From: Lytechinus pictus
Lineage: Eukaryota
DNA length: 64,000 nt
NCBI RefSeq assembly: GCF_037042905.1
Contig: NC_087245.1
Location: 8,620,001 to 8,684,000, forward strand
Direction: 5' to 3'
Every line of letters begins with the position of its first letter. The stretch's first letter is position 1. The notes under the pieces are model-generated. The model was not told where the DNA came from. It searched no databases and saw only the letters and a program-made list of their open reading frames with translations. Positions 12,887 through 27,305 of the stretch are shown here, piece by piece. The translations under genes and the position numbers were made by a program.

Positions 12887-14703
12887 GATTGATTTTTTAA
12901 TTGTGTGATTCTCTTTTTTATCAATTTTATTGATTCTTCTTGAAAATTGTTTTAAATGCTTTTAATCAGGCGCTGGTGGGAGGGGGGGGGGGGGCAAGTT
13001 CCCACCCACTCCATTTTGATTTATTTTTGCTTGATTGTCAGAAATTTATCCAGTTGTCAACTTGACAGTGGCGGCCAACTTCTTTTTGTCCAAAAAGCGT
13101 AACCCCACCCCCCCCCCCCCCCCGTTCTGATAATTGGATTCACCCCTTCAAATAATTAACCCCCTTCTTGATTTTGCACTTTGGTTGTTACCGATTCCAA
13201 CACAGTCATTATTATATTTGTCGTAGATAGCGAGTTGTAATTGATAAATTTCCTATGATTTGTGAAGGCTTTGATAACTGGGATCCAAAGAACTAATATG
13301 ATTATAGTTACTCTGTCATGGCAACTACCGTGGGAACGGGGCTCGACCACAATCGTTTCCATGTTCAGAACATGGACCCCTGGGAATGACCCGGCATTTG
13401 ACCTCCATTCTCAGTCTCCAGATATTTGTAAACAATGATCTTATCTTGGCCGCTGGTCACCATGGTAACGGACATTCCAACGTATGTTCAGTTCATGGAC
13501 TGAGAGGTCCATGCACAGTTGAATCACGATCAGAGTTGAAACATGGAGAGGGACCTCCATAGTTGAAAAAAAAGACACTCTCGATCTGGAATAAGTGGAA
13601 TCAGTTCATATAGGATTATATATAAGAGCATTTCTACCGTAAGCATTAAGATGAAGAAAAATAATGACTGAAATGAGTCCGGGAAATGGGCAAAATATTT
13701 GGACTTGGAGACGGCTTTTTTTTAAAAATCATCCTTCGAAGTTCGAGGGATATATACGAAGACGGCCAGCAAAATTATTGTTCTATGAATTTAATTCTGC
13801 ATGTAATTGATTTTTTTTAATGTGTGATTCTCTTTCTTATTCGTGATCCCGTTGATTCTTCTTGAAAATTGTTTTTAAATGCTTTTAATCAGTGCTGGTG
13901 GGGGGGGGGGCGACAAGTTTCCATCCACTCCATTTTGATTTCTTTTTGCTTGATTGTCAGAAAATTATCGAGTTGTCAACTTCACAGTGGCAGCCAACTT
14001 CTTTTCGTCCAAACAGCGTACCCCCCCCCCCCCCCCCGTTCTGGTAATTCCTGGATTCACCCCTTCAAATATAATTAACCCCTCTTTTTTATTTAGCATT
14101 TTGGTTGTAACTGATTCCAACACAGTCATTATTATATTTGTCGGAGATAGCGAGTTGTAATTGATAAATTTCCTATGATTTGTGAAGGCTTTGAAAACTG
14201 GGATCCAAAGAACTTACTACATGTATATGATTATAGTTACTCTGTCATGGCAACTACCGTGGGAACGGGGCTCAACCACAATCGTTTCCATGTTCAGAAC
14301 ATGGACCCCTGGGAATGACGCGGCATTTAACCTCCATTCTCAGTCTCCAGATATTTGTAAACAATGACCACCTGCATGTTATCTTGGCCGCCGGTCACCA
14401 TGGTAACGGATATTCCAACGAAAGGTCCATGCACAGCTGAATCACGATCAGAGTTGAATCATGGAGAGGTAGGTATACAAGTACCTCCAACACCATGGTT
14501 GAAAAAAGGACACTCTCCATATGGAATAAGTGGAATCATTTTATATAGGATTATAAGAGCCTTTCTACTGTAAGTATGAAGAAATGAGTCCAGGAAATGG
14601 GCAAAATATTTGGACTTAGAGACGGCTTTTTTTATCATCCTTCGAAGTTCGAGGGATATATACGAAGACGGACAGCAAAATTATTATTCTATCAATTAAA
14701 TTA
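12887..14703 (+). repeat. Diverged tandem duplication of a ~900-bp unit (12887-~13797 and ~13806-14703)
   Basis: Long collinear identity, e.g. gttactctgtcatggcaactaccgtgggaacggggctc at ~13307 and ~14237, with indels. Confidence 0.95.
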
Positions 14704-17700
14704 TTGTGCCGATGAAGGTACAGGTTGGTGGAGGGGGGGGGGGTAGATTGCATCTGCCTTCTGACTTTTGACATCATCCAGGACTATAAAATTTAGCATG
14801 GTCAACGTTCAATTTTTTTTTGCTTGATCTCTTTTGTTCAATTACACAACGTGAACTTGTCTCTACCCCGAGGTCTCTACCCAATTTACATAAATTCTCA
14901 TCACACTGCTACTCCGACCTCTCCCCTTACATCTAACTTATCTCTTTTTCTGCTCCCTCTCTTCTCTTCTCAACCCCCCCTCTCTCTCTCTCTCTCTGGG
15001 TGCATCATCTTTGGTCAATATATCAAAGTCTGGCCGGCTCGAAAATTCATTAAAAAAAAATATTAAAAAATGTCGGGGTCTCGGTAGCACACCGGCCTTG
15101 ATGCATCTTGATGAAATATTATTTGGACTGTCTTCTTCCACTTACATTGTTGTTTTGGTTGAATATGATTGCTGCCGCGAGACTTTGATATATCGACCAA
15201 AGATAATTCAAAGATTGATGTAAAACATGGGATGATAAATGGACAGATCAAAATACATGCACGGTTGAATGATTACACCAGTGATGAGTCACTAAGTTTA
15301 CATGTGCAAATGCAAATCATCTACGTGCATGTGTGTAAGCGATACACTCACGATCATTCACAAAGTACATGTAGACAAAATTGCATTGAAACTCCATAGC
15401 ATTGCGCACAGCGACACCCGCGATGAACTTTGAATTCTCGCGCCGGTTGGGCACGCGACCATAGGCGCGGGACCGCTTGACGTCATTAAGAAAGCGCGTA
15501 TTTAATCTGGCGTCGTCGGGTTTACCACGCCCTTTTTTCGCTGTTCAAAAACTCGCATGGTAAGGGTATTTTGAATTGCAATCCGACACATGATCCTCAG
15601 GGATATGCGAAAAAATGATGTCATAATCGGATTCAGCATCGTCGAAAATGCAAACTGGACTCGGTTTACGTACAGAGACTTTAATCGTACTCTCGCTATC
15701 GCAGAAGGAATGTTACTTCTCATTATATCTTTTTTTGGCGAAAGCGAGTGAATTGTAAACCGATATGAGTATACAGAGCAAATTATTTCCTTTCTTTTGG
15801 TATATAGATCATGATCATACGATGTGAGGATCAAGTGTCGAAAATGCTTCAAAGTGGAATTTTGCTCCAAAATCTCTGACCATTTCGAGGAGAAATGCGA
15901 CCTATGCGAATTTGCGTGTGTTAGCGCTCGCGCTGACGAACCGTTGTTCAAACCGGTGAGTGAGGGGTCATTTCCGTTGCTTCAAAAGCATGATAAAACA
16001 CCACGATCTCTTTTATTTCGACATTGATTAGCTTGAGAATATACTTGATGATGATGTTGTTGGCTTATTTTGATATATATTGACTATTTTTTTTTGTGAT
16101 GGCAAAATAATGAGAGACATGTCGTATTTTTGTGAGCTGCTCGTTGAAGGTCCGTGCGGCGTGTAACAAAAGGCGGAATGCAATTGACGTCCGCGCGGTC
16201 TCCCTACCAGAAGGTAAGTGAAAATTATTTGCTTGGCTTTTAATTATATTCCAGTCAGAATAGACTGTTGCCACAGCTGTTAAAAAATATTCGTAATGGC
16301 TTCTTAATTTTCCCCATGTTTATATCAATTTTGTTTTATTCATTTTTCTTTCACTTTCTTTTCTTTTTTTTCTCTCTAAATTTTTTTCTTTTCTTTTTTT
16401 CCCTGTTCTTTATTTTTTCTTTCTTCATTTTCTTTCTTTTGTTTTATTTCACTTATTTCTTTTATTATTTTCGTTTTCTTTTTGTAATATACTTTTTGAA
16501 AATTATTTTCATTTGTTTCCCCCTTTTATGCATTGTTCTAATTTTGCAGCATATTTTTCTGTGATTTTCTCCTGCTATAATATGCTGCAAAAGAGAAAAC
16601 AGAAATAAACTGGATTTGGGGCCTGCATAATCTAGGTTTTAGGATTCAAAGAGGAAGAAATGAAAAACCAATGTTTTGTACATCTATCTGAGTTTGCTAT
16701 GCACTATTTATTTACTTTACCAATATGAGTGTGTGTCTATACGGAGATTAAAAAAAAGTCCACACAACCTGCAAACAATAAAATTCATTTATTCTCTTTC
16801 AATCATTTCATTTTTACAACGATAGAAACAATTTATAGTTCAAATAGCTGCGTCAAATATAGACAGCTGGCAGCCGTCTGTTTTGAGGAGTTTTTTTAAC
16901 TTTTTTTTTTTTTTTTAAATTTCTCCTCATACACAGACGGCTCGCTATCGTGCAGCCACCATTAGGGGACTTGCAATGCAAAATCCCCCCGTCGGGGCTT
17001 TTCAATTTTTGTCTTTAATGAATAAAAATTTTGAAAATGAACGTGACCAAAATGGAAATTAATATTCCCTCTTGGCATTAATTGCCAAAAAACGGAGAAA
17101 AATCAAGTAAAAAGGAACAAAAACAGAGATTTACCTCGGCTGTCGCGCAAATTCACTTCCCCGTTTTATCCGATCTTAAGTACATAAACATATGGCCATT
17201 GAGTCCCCTGTACAGATCGCGCTAGAACTTCGGTCTCTGTATTTGGTGAGTGAAGCCAACGGAGTTCAGCTGAACAACCAACATAACAGAGATTGAAGCT
17301 TTTGGTCTACGTCAAATATTGCCGCAGAAATTGTCATTTGCCGCAGAAAGTATCTGCGGCAAAGTTAAACTTTTATGAAACGGAAACTTGACGCTGGTTT
17401 TGGATTTGCCGCAGAAAATGGGAGTTGCCGCTGCGGCAAATGTTTTATGAAACGGGCCCCAGATCGAGTTCACGCTCTCGAAGTTCAGGTAGGTGGAGCG
17501 TAGTGTAGCGGTGCCGGTAGTGAAGTGGAGTGGAGCCTGCATGCACGAGTGCCACAAACTTCGCTCGAGGTAGGGACAATCCAAATTTTTGGACCGGCGC
17601 CTCTAACGTTAGTAAAGAACGACTGGTGATCCTTTCTTGTGGAAAATGGTTTAGGGGTCCATTTCATTGGCGATGGTTAAGCGCGTAAAAAAAGTTCACC

Positions 17701-20700
17701 AGTCGTTCTTAACTTACGAACAGCTTCAAGAAACGGCCCCGGGCCCCTGGCCTGGGTTAACTAGATTCGAGCAGATACGCGTGTGCGCAGACAAGTCGAG
17801 GGGGACTGCGCAAACTTGGCCTAATTGGGGGAACTTGCCATACAATAAATACATATTACTGGTACGGTCGGTACGGTACCGTACCGGTACACAACGCGCG
17901 AAAAAGTCAAACCAAAAATAAGCCAAGCAAAGTGAAATGGCAAAACAGCATGATCTAGAGTAAAGTTTCAGCTTCATTACAATCACCATGAAAATATTCT
18001 CAAAGAATACAAACATCAACATCTAACAAATCCGCTAAAATTATAACCGATTTTTTAACACTCACCTAAAAAATGGACGCGGTTACTGTTCTAGTTTTTT
18101 TTTAGCTTTGATATGTCGCCCTCTTTCGTCGATGATGCATTAATTAGAGGTGTCACGCGCGTAAAACATTTCCCATAGACTTGGGCACTTTTTAAAAAAA
18201 TAATAAAAAATAAACTTGAAATTAGAATAAGAGGGTCGAATGTTTACTACCATTGGATAGGATATATATCTGACATTCCATATCTGACCAGAAAAGGGTA
18301 TCATAGCCAGCTCATTTTAAAAATAAGTCGCCATTTATGAAGATAACTATGTTGGGATCAACTGAAACAGTAAGTCATTGATATATCTTCCCAATTTAGA
18401 CAAAGGAAGTTCAGTAGTTTCCATTTCTAGAATCATTGTTAGATTTTCCATCATATTCATACACTTTTGTCAATCAGCAATATCAAATCGAAAAAAATTC
18501 GAATGGGTTGGGTCGAACAAATGGCTTTAGCCTGAATTCCTGTTGTATTAGGCTCATATATGGGACCTATATATTGTATGACCAATGAATTTTCTTTTTA
18601 GAAATAGCTATCTTGCTATTCTTTTATATCTGTACACTTACACAAGCAAAAAGAAATGAGATGAAAAGGCCTATTTACTATGCAATGACCCATTTTAATG
18701 TGTTACTCATATAAAATGTCATATTCACTATATGGATGTACACATATCCTACCTGCATATATCCCAACAGTGAGTGCAATGGCAATATAGGGCCCTATTA
18801 TTAAGATAGTGAGTTACTTCAGTTAAAGAGTAGGATATTTTCACTGCAGGACATCACATCAAAAACAATATATGATACTCATTTAAGAATGAGAACGGAT
18901 ATACCCCCAATCATTTGAAAAGCTTGAGGAAAGAAAAGTACAATATATAACAAAAAAAGATTTTTAAAATTTTTTTAAGACCACGAAATCCACTTTGAAC
19001 AGTAAACTCAGATAATCTCATTATAAACAATTTTAAAATATATCATACACAAAAAATATTTATATTTATTTAAAATGACAACAGATGATTTATGTTCATT
19101 TTGCAGTAAAGAAGAAAAACATATAATCATTTTTTTTTTCATGTGATAAGATAAAAATTATACAGAAAGAATGTGGGAACATGCTTCAACTTCCTGAAGA
19201 TTGAGGTACAGCAAGTTAGATAATGGTAAGATCCATGCGTTACAGAATACAGATTGAAAGGGATCGAGGGTAGGATTGGGGTTTAGGTGTAGGGGAGGGA
19301 AGCAGACCGCGCTTGGGCTTGGATGGGATGTGGGGGGGGGGGGCGGTTGGGTGGGAGGGTGTATGTTTCCTTAATACTCATTCAGTTTGATTCCACTGCG
19401 TTGCTGTAAATTCATTTTCTGTTATATTTTGTAAGTCTTACCTATAGTTCTAAATGATTTGAATGTTAAATTCTGTAATTTTTGTACAATTTTCTGTATT
19501 ATGAATAATTATTTGACTTTTGTGTTTTTGTTGATATTGCGACATGTTTGTAACATATTACAATTAATGTATTTTCACTTGTATGATTTTGAACTGAATG
19601 ATTTTAATAAATACTATTACAAAAAGAAAATAGAAGAGTGCAATTTGACATTTATCTTCAAAGATAATGGTGGAAATCAAAGACTGAGCAAAGAATACAT
19701 GGATCAACATACATACATGGATCAACAGGAACAATCCTGTGTGAAACGACAATTTATCAGTTTTTTGACAGCTAGGCGTCAGTCCAACAGCCGTGCGCTA
19801 ACAGGTTTTTTTTTCCAAACGGACAACATCTCAGACTCCGTATCTTTCGTTGCACCGACATAATTATGTACAGATTACCCCAAACCTTTATTCGCCTATA
19901 CACCTTTTCTCCTTCCTATTCTGTTTTCCTCTTTCTCTTTTCCCTTTTCCTTTATCATGCAGCCATTTTCTTCTTCCTTCTTCCTCCTTCCTTCCTCTTC
20001 TTTTCTGCATCCCCCCCCCCCCCCGACTGGATTGCAGATTTACCGACGATATCCACAAGGGGGAGGGGGGGGGAGGTTGCATGCGTGGATCCATGAGGGG
20101 TCGAAGGGGCATATTGGCTCCCCCTCCCCCCCCAAAAAAAAGGGTAGAGAATGAGCAGGGTAAGGGGAAGTGAAGGGAAGGGAAAGGAAAAGTAAAAGAA
20201 AGGAAGGGGAAATAAAAAGAAGAGAAAGAGAAGGGGGAAAAGGGGAAAATGAAGGGAGAGGGGGACAGCTATGGGCCTATAGGAAACTAAAAAGTGGAAT
20301 GAGTGAAAAATACAAAGGAAGAGAAATGAAAGGTAGAGTGAAAAGCAAAGAAAAGATATCTACCTTCTCCGCAGAACAATAATTACCACATCATTACTGG
20401 TGATATAATGCCCCCACATTCTCTACTGGTGTAACGTATGGGCAGGAAAAAGTCATGTCAATTACGATATGCCTCCATAAATGAGCAGCATACTTAACTT
20501 CACACTTAACCTTAGAAATCCCGTCCATTGAAATATTTAATTAAATGTCTTGGCCAACATTGGACAAACTCTTTTGGAAAACTGCTTGTTACACAATGTT
20601 CAAACCACTGACGTAAATCCGGTCCGAGCAGAGGGGGGGGGGGGGGTGAAAGCAATATATTGACCTGAAAAATTAAAAATTCGGGGGACACCCCACACCT

Positions 20701-21257
20701 AAGGCTATGTATACGGGGGTATATAAAACCGTGTACATAATCCTTTTATCTTTCAGTTAAAGGCCTCTTCTTCAATGGTTATATTTGTTATGTTATAAAC
20801 TACTGAACTACATGATATCCAAATGCGAGCGAGCAAATTTTCAGTAGTTGGAAGACATGATGACCAAAATCGTCTTTCATGAGGTGTGATTGTTGGATAA
20901 TGAGGCGAATATGAGCATAGCGAGCGAGCAAATTTTCAGTAGGTGGAAGAAAAAATGCCCCCAAAACCCCTTTCAAGTGGTGTGTAATTATCACACGACG
21001 GGCTATATGTAACAGGGGTATATAACTGCAGGCATAATACTACCATCTTTCACATAAAAGACTATCACCATGTAATGGGTTTGTTGTCGGTGACGTAAAC
21101 TCCTGGATTACAGTTATAGTATCCATATGCGAGCAAACGAAGCGAGCGAGCAAATTTTCCATAATTAGAAACATAATGATTATCAAATCGTCTCTCAATT
21201 AAGGGGGTGTAATTATGGGAGAAATTACGGCGATGAATCATGAGCGTAGTTAGCGAG

Positions 21258-21992
21258 GACTGGGCTATTTGAGATGTATTGAGGACGGGGGGGGGGGGGG
21301 GGGTGCATGCCCCCCCCCCGCCGATCTCGGCTGCCGTTCGCGCGATCGCGCCGAAATTTGGCACGTGCATTATTTACTACATAAACTACAAGCCAGTATA
21401 AAAGAAATTCTGAAAATAATTATTTTCTATTTATCATGAATAAAATATGCAAATTTATTCGTGAAAAACATTATTTGCATATTTAACACCCCGGCAATTT
21501 CACTTCAAAGTTTCTTCTCTTTCTCGAGATGTCATCTTTGTAATCCAATTTAAAGGTTTCCACAAAGACAATTTGCGAAAGCCAATTTTTCCTTATGTTC
21601 TGTGTTTTTAGAATTTCTGTTGTATTTCTTTGTTTTTTCATCTTTTGTTTTTCTTTTTTTTTTAATGGAAATTGTCATAGACCATTTAAAATCTAAATTA
21701 AACCCTAAATCAATTAAGCAGACCAATTAGAACGAATCACCCTTTTATGAATTTCATCTCCCATAGACTTGTACACGAAGTATAATGAGCCATTTTAGGC
21801 ATGACATTGTCTCGTAAAAAGTCAAGTAGCGTCGCGATGCTATATTTGTATGCGGCGAGTTTGGTCTCAAAAGTTGCGCGAGACTTTGAAAAAGAAAGTC
21901 ATAACATTTTCGGCGCCATCATTTGCGTTACGGAAATATCGCGCGAAGCGTTGAGGGGAGCATCAAATGGCCCCCAGTCTTTTTAGGGTTAA
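21258..21992. mobile_element. piggyBac-like non-autonomous element, left end truncated
   Basis: ggactgggc.. near the left and ..ccccagtctttttAGGG|TTAA at the right. Similar AGGGTTA(A) ends occur at ~9063 and ~10471. Confidence 0.55.
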
Positions 21993-22794
21993 AAAATTTG
22001 CTTCAGTCGTTTAAAATAATATGCATTAATATGCATTAAGTACAGAGGATGATACGGGTATATTATCAATAACGTAAAATTTAGAAGGATATGAACAAGA
22101 AATATATAAAAAGAGCAAATAGGGATTGAAATAGTCGATCGAGTTTCGTTTAATGAAAACTCATTTGCTCACTGGTCAAAGGTAAGATGAGAATGCAAAC
22201 AAAAATAGGATCAAGATTATCAGGATAAGAATGCCATATGAAATGATCATAGGCCATCACAGGCCACAATATAAACTTCCAAAAAACTTGGAAATATCAC
22301 AATGATGAATATGAAAGATTTCGAATAATCTGTGAGATTATATTGTGAGATTGTGCAACATTCCTAATTTTGAGTAAATTTAAATTAAATATTTATTACA
22401 TTGTTGTGTTAATTAATGTGATTTAAGTCTCATATAAATGGATAAAATGGCAAAGATTAATGTTTCATTGACGGCATTGATTTGATCAATGTCATCATTA
22501 ACTCATCGTATACTTTTGAAGAATACGGTAGGCCAAATATTTCTTGTACAAAATCCCCGCTCTCACAAAGATACCATAATTACCCCTCCCATATTCACGA
22601 CAGTGTATTTAAAGGGTGTTTTAATTCGTTTATGATAAAAGTTATAATCATATTTGAAAATCATTGGAATCACATATTCATAAATGGACTTATTTTAACC
22701 TTTGCAATAAGCTAAACGTAGGGATTTGTCACGGCCAAATTCTTAAGAATAGTTTGAGCGCGGGAGATAGCGACCGCGCTAGAAATTTTAGCAT

Positions 22795-23118
22795 TATTAG
22801 AATGCAAAATTAGGTCAATTCAAGCACTTTGACTAGATGAATCCACACACTAACAGAAGTATGAACCATTTGATGATTGAAAAAAAAAATTCATCTTGAA
22901 AAGTGTGGGGGGGGGGGTGATTGTGTATGCCATCCCCCTCTCCGGAATTTTTGCATTTTTAGAATGCAAAATTAGGCCAATTTAAAAACTTTGACTGCAT
23001 TTATGAAGATGAATCCACACATTAACAGTAGTATGAACCATTTGATGATTGAATTTTTTTTCTTGAAAAGTGTGTGTGGGGGGGGGGGGTGATTGTACAT
23101 GCCATCCCTCCTCTCCGA
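22795..23118 (+). repeat. Tandem duplication of a ~160-bp unit containing poly-G
   Basis: tagaatgcaaaattagg..gatgaatccacaca..gtatgaaccatttgatgattga..tcttgaaaagtgtg(G)n tgattgt occurs twice. Confidence 0.85.
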
Positions 23119-23605
23119 AAAGTGGGGGGGGGGGGGTATGTATCCCCCAAACCCCCGTGGTTCAAAGTAATTCATAAACTTGCCCCAACTACACTATTAT
23201 ACTTTCATGCAGAAGTGTACTTCTAAGCACAGTAATGATGAGAATTTCTAGGCGGTCAAATAAAATGATTTTAAAAATCCCGAGATGTTCCAACTCTGCT
23301 CTTTTCTGGTGCCACAAAGTGGAACAACCTTCCGGATGATACGCAACTAGAAAATCGACCAGCATCATACTTACAGCCCATGCTCTTTTGTTTTATTATT
23401 TCTTCACTCCTCAACCCTTCCCCCTCACTCTCTCTCTCTCTCACTCTCGCTTGCTCTTGGCCTTGCTGATATCTAGGCTATATTCCATTTTTCCTTCGAC
23501 CTCTCCCTTCTTGATCTGTCAACCTCTCATTGATTCCATCTATTTTTTCTGTTTTCATTCAACTAATAAAAGCATGACTGCTAAATACTGCAATTCTTGC
23601 ACATG

Positions 23606-26600
23606 AATTGAGTTTGTCTTTTATTACACTATATAATAACATTCATAACAATACATGTCAATGTACTGGTAATAGGCCAGTGGCTTTCATGAAATACTAT
23701 TGGGAGCTAATAAACAACTCAATACAAATTATCTCTTAATATAAACATCTCTGTGTTCTCCATGACAAGGAACTGATACAACTCTCTAGAACTCGCTAAG
23801 TAGTTTTGGCTTTGGAAATCTTCAAAGTACATAAAAATACAAAAAACACATTTTCTCATATCACCTTTTTCATAGAAGTGGAAGTGACAATACAATGTGT
23901 AATCTCAATTATATATAGCACTAGATTAGGACATAAATCTTCTATTTGACCTCAGCCATTTACATTTCAAATGTACATTAGGATATCAGGGAGGAGGTCA
24001 ACATACTCAAATCACAAAAGATACCTTAAACTTTTATGGTTACATTCCTTGTTATATTCAAAGTAAATAACTAGAGTAAATTTAGGGTAATATTCAACAT
24101 TTTTCTGAATCATTATGTATGTGTTAAAAAGGTTTATACATTCAATAAAGGAAAAATGAAGTGCTTCTATACAAATATAATCGTTGCAAGCTTCACCTAT
24201 GGAGCAAAATTCTCTAATATATATGAATTGTAGCTGCAAAAGAGCAAATCATAGCACAAAATATATATCCATATAAAGGACAAACCATGAACAAAATGAA
24301 GCTCATAAAAAATACTACTGAATCAAATAATTATGAGGTGATAACAAAATGGTGAGATGAATAATGTCATGAAGTTACTGCACAAAATTATGTTGAAGTA
24401 GATAACAGCATTTAAAGAATTGCTTGAGTTTATCGAGGATTTGTTTTGGTGATGAGTTACATGTAACAAGAAAAGTAAAATTCTGAAGAAAAAAAGTATG
24501 AATTACAATCAAATCTTATACACAAGAAATCCTGGATTCCTGGTAAAGGATGAAAATGATTTACTGATTTAAAAAGGGTGTAAACTGTTTGGAAATATTT
24601 TCTTTTCAAATCCAAATATTCATAGGAATAAAAAAACAAGGAATGATTTTAAACTGCATAAAACTCATCATAGTTTAAGTCTTTCTAGAAGTGACTAAAT
24701 GGTTATCACATCCCAATTGCCAAAAGAACATAAGCTCCGTGACTGATATTCTTACCCTTCATGAATTATTATCTACACACAAATAATTGGGATATAAAAA
24801 TTAAAATCAAATGTTTAATCAACACAACACAAATAAAATTGCACATTATAAAAATCACTGGCTAAGATATACAACAGCGTAGAGTTAAGCATGTCCAAAA
24901 TATGAATAAGTTAATAATTCTAAATGAGCTTCTACATACAAATAGCACTACTCATAATAAAGGACCTGGAATTTTTACTATTCTCAAAATGAACACATCC
25001 ATTTGGATGAATCTACATGGAATCATCGATAACAAACAGGATTTCATTTACATCAATATGCATCAACAATTCAGTTCTTTTATACAATGACGGAACATGT
25101 CTAGGCAGAAACTCTACATGGGGGTCATATTCAGAATTAATTTCAAGATACAAATATTTTCTATTCTTTCAGAATTCAGAGTCAGGAAATATTTTTCTCA
25201 AATTTAATTAGCAGTTTTTCATATGAAGATAATGGAGGTTGGAGGGTGTCATGGTCTAGTGGTTACGACTCTCGTCTTTCAATCTGAGCGACATGGTTTT
25301 GATTGCCAGAAATGCCTTGAATGCTTGAGCATCTAACATGGTGGCTCGGCTATAGACGGGTAATAATATGACATCAAGTGTCAAGGGCAGTAGAGTATAT
25401 TAATCAATATAATAACTGCATTATATAAATGGTCCATATTATTATCATAAAGATAATAGTTACAACCAATATAGCCGAACTGCTACATATATAAACAGTA
25501 AACATATTGATTTGCGATGTAATAGTAATGTAAAACTATTTCTCTTACATATTACAGCTCTTCATAATTAATGGTTTCCTAACAACATTGTCTTATTACA
25601 TACTTGCAAATCAAGACAAATCAATTGAAAATATTCCCAGAAATAGGAACTCATTAAGAATTATACAGTGCGTATAAAAAAAACACGGGACAGTTTTGAA
25701 GTCTATAAAAAATTTGTTTCAAATTATTTTATCTATATTTTGATGTTAATAGATGCTCTGAGATCTTATCTTTGAAATGCCATTCAAAAAACTAAATTTT
25801 GTTCATGCTTAGGTCAGATCTAATGATGCTACATGTATGAGTGAGATCACCCTAGGGTCATGAGAGGCCTGACTCTATTAAATCAGCAAAACAAGGATAC
25901 AAAGGAATGCCATTATCACTATCATACAGATATGGTTCATAACGGGATAATTGTTCTCAAAACTATTCATAAATTCAAAGGGATGGACTAGTTACATAAC
26001 TTACATGTACTTCCTATTGTAAGAGTAGGAGAATCCCTTTACAATTCATTAAAAGGGAAAATGAGAGAAACATGTTGAGGAAGGCTGACAAAATTCCATC
26101 AAAGAAGAACAATATACAGCCCCACATAAAAAGTTGTTATTTTGTGATATCACATGTGAGCAACTCACTCACATTCCATAAATTATCATTTCTTTCTGGT
26201 ACATGTTGATCAAATATAGTTCACTGATGGAAGTGTGTATTAAATAATGTTTGATTTAATACTGAATGCGCAGGTAAAAATCGTTTTTCAATTGACTAGT
26301 AAATCACATTGGAATGTATACTGCACATCATATATAACTGCTCTCATATGATGTCCCAAATTTATTTTCCTTTAAATAAATTGAACAGATTTTCTCCAAC
26401 TCTTTGATGTTTCTTTCTCATTGATATATAATTATTTATGACAACCAAGTTGATTCAGGATGGAATTCCATTTTGATAATGTTAATGTAAATAAAGAAAA
26501 TGTTAAGATCCTTTGTAGGTAGCAGGGGCCGTGGAACAGTTTTGAAAGTGGGGGGGGGGGGGTAATCTGACCATGCAAAAATCACAATTAAATGGTCTTC

Positions 26601-27166
26601 TTTGTACACTGTTTTGGAAAAAAGTGGGGGCTGAAGCCCCAACGCGATTGCGAGAACTCGCTATTGTCATATTGTGCAGCCCTAGTGCTTTATAACCCTT
26701 TTTAAATGATCTAAGAATGTTCGATATTTACAGTAAACTGATAATGTAGACATGGTTGATGCTGATATCTGACATTGCTTTTCATGGACATGAAGGTGAA
26801 TGGCTTACATCTTTGTCCAAGGTTGAGACAATGTTCCTTTGCTGTGTGACAAAATGCCCAGTGTTCATATTGAAAACAGAAATGTCAGGTCCATGTCTGA
26901 AGATGTTGTCCAACATTATTAAGTTTGGCAAGTAAACTGCATAATTCCCTCAGATGAGGGCACTATCTTAATTTTATCCATATCAACGAGTCAACATCCG
27001 TGCAGAAGAGGAGAAAGCTTCCCACATCTTACTGCATAGTCTACTCAATTACACACTAGGTTTATCTCTAAATAAAAGAGCACCAGTCTAGTGCTAAGCT
27101 TGATTAGAGTTATGACCATGGCAGATAGCATGTTGTGATGAGCATAGAGTGTGCTGCAATGGCTGA
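23606..27166 (-). other. Probable long 3'UTR of the OXR1/NCOA7 gene, with poly(A) signal AATAAA at 23625-23620
   Basis: AT-rich, repeat-poor sequence after the stop codon, ending at a minus-strand AATAAA. The end point is inferred. Confidence 0.45.
25241..25448 (+). mobile_element. Internally deleted tRNA-derived SINE, antisense in the putative OXR1 3'UTR
   Basis: ggagggtgtcaTGGTCTAGTGG (A box), degenerate B box ggttttgattgcc, tail ending in (att)n. Confidence 0.6.
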
Positions 27167-27305
27167 TCACATGTTGAAGCCCCATGCTTCCATGTCAGCA
27201 ATGATGAAGTCTTCTTTTGATGAAAGAATCTCATTTGCAAACGTCTTGGTGGGATGACTGCGACCATGGTACAGGTCACCATCAAGCCATAGCCCAAAAT
27301 CACCC
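27167..27305 (-). CDS. OXR1: TLDc terminal coding exon ([45 protein letters not shown])
   Basis: Canonical TLDc C-terminus; stop TGA at 27169-27167. Confidence 0.96.

Noticed and set aside
16268..16564. 98-aa Phe-rich 'membrane protein' ORF
   Set aside because: Translation of a T-rich low-complexity tract.
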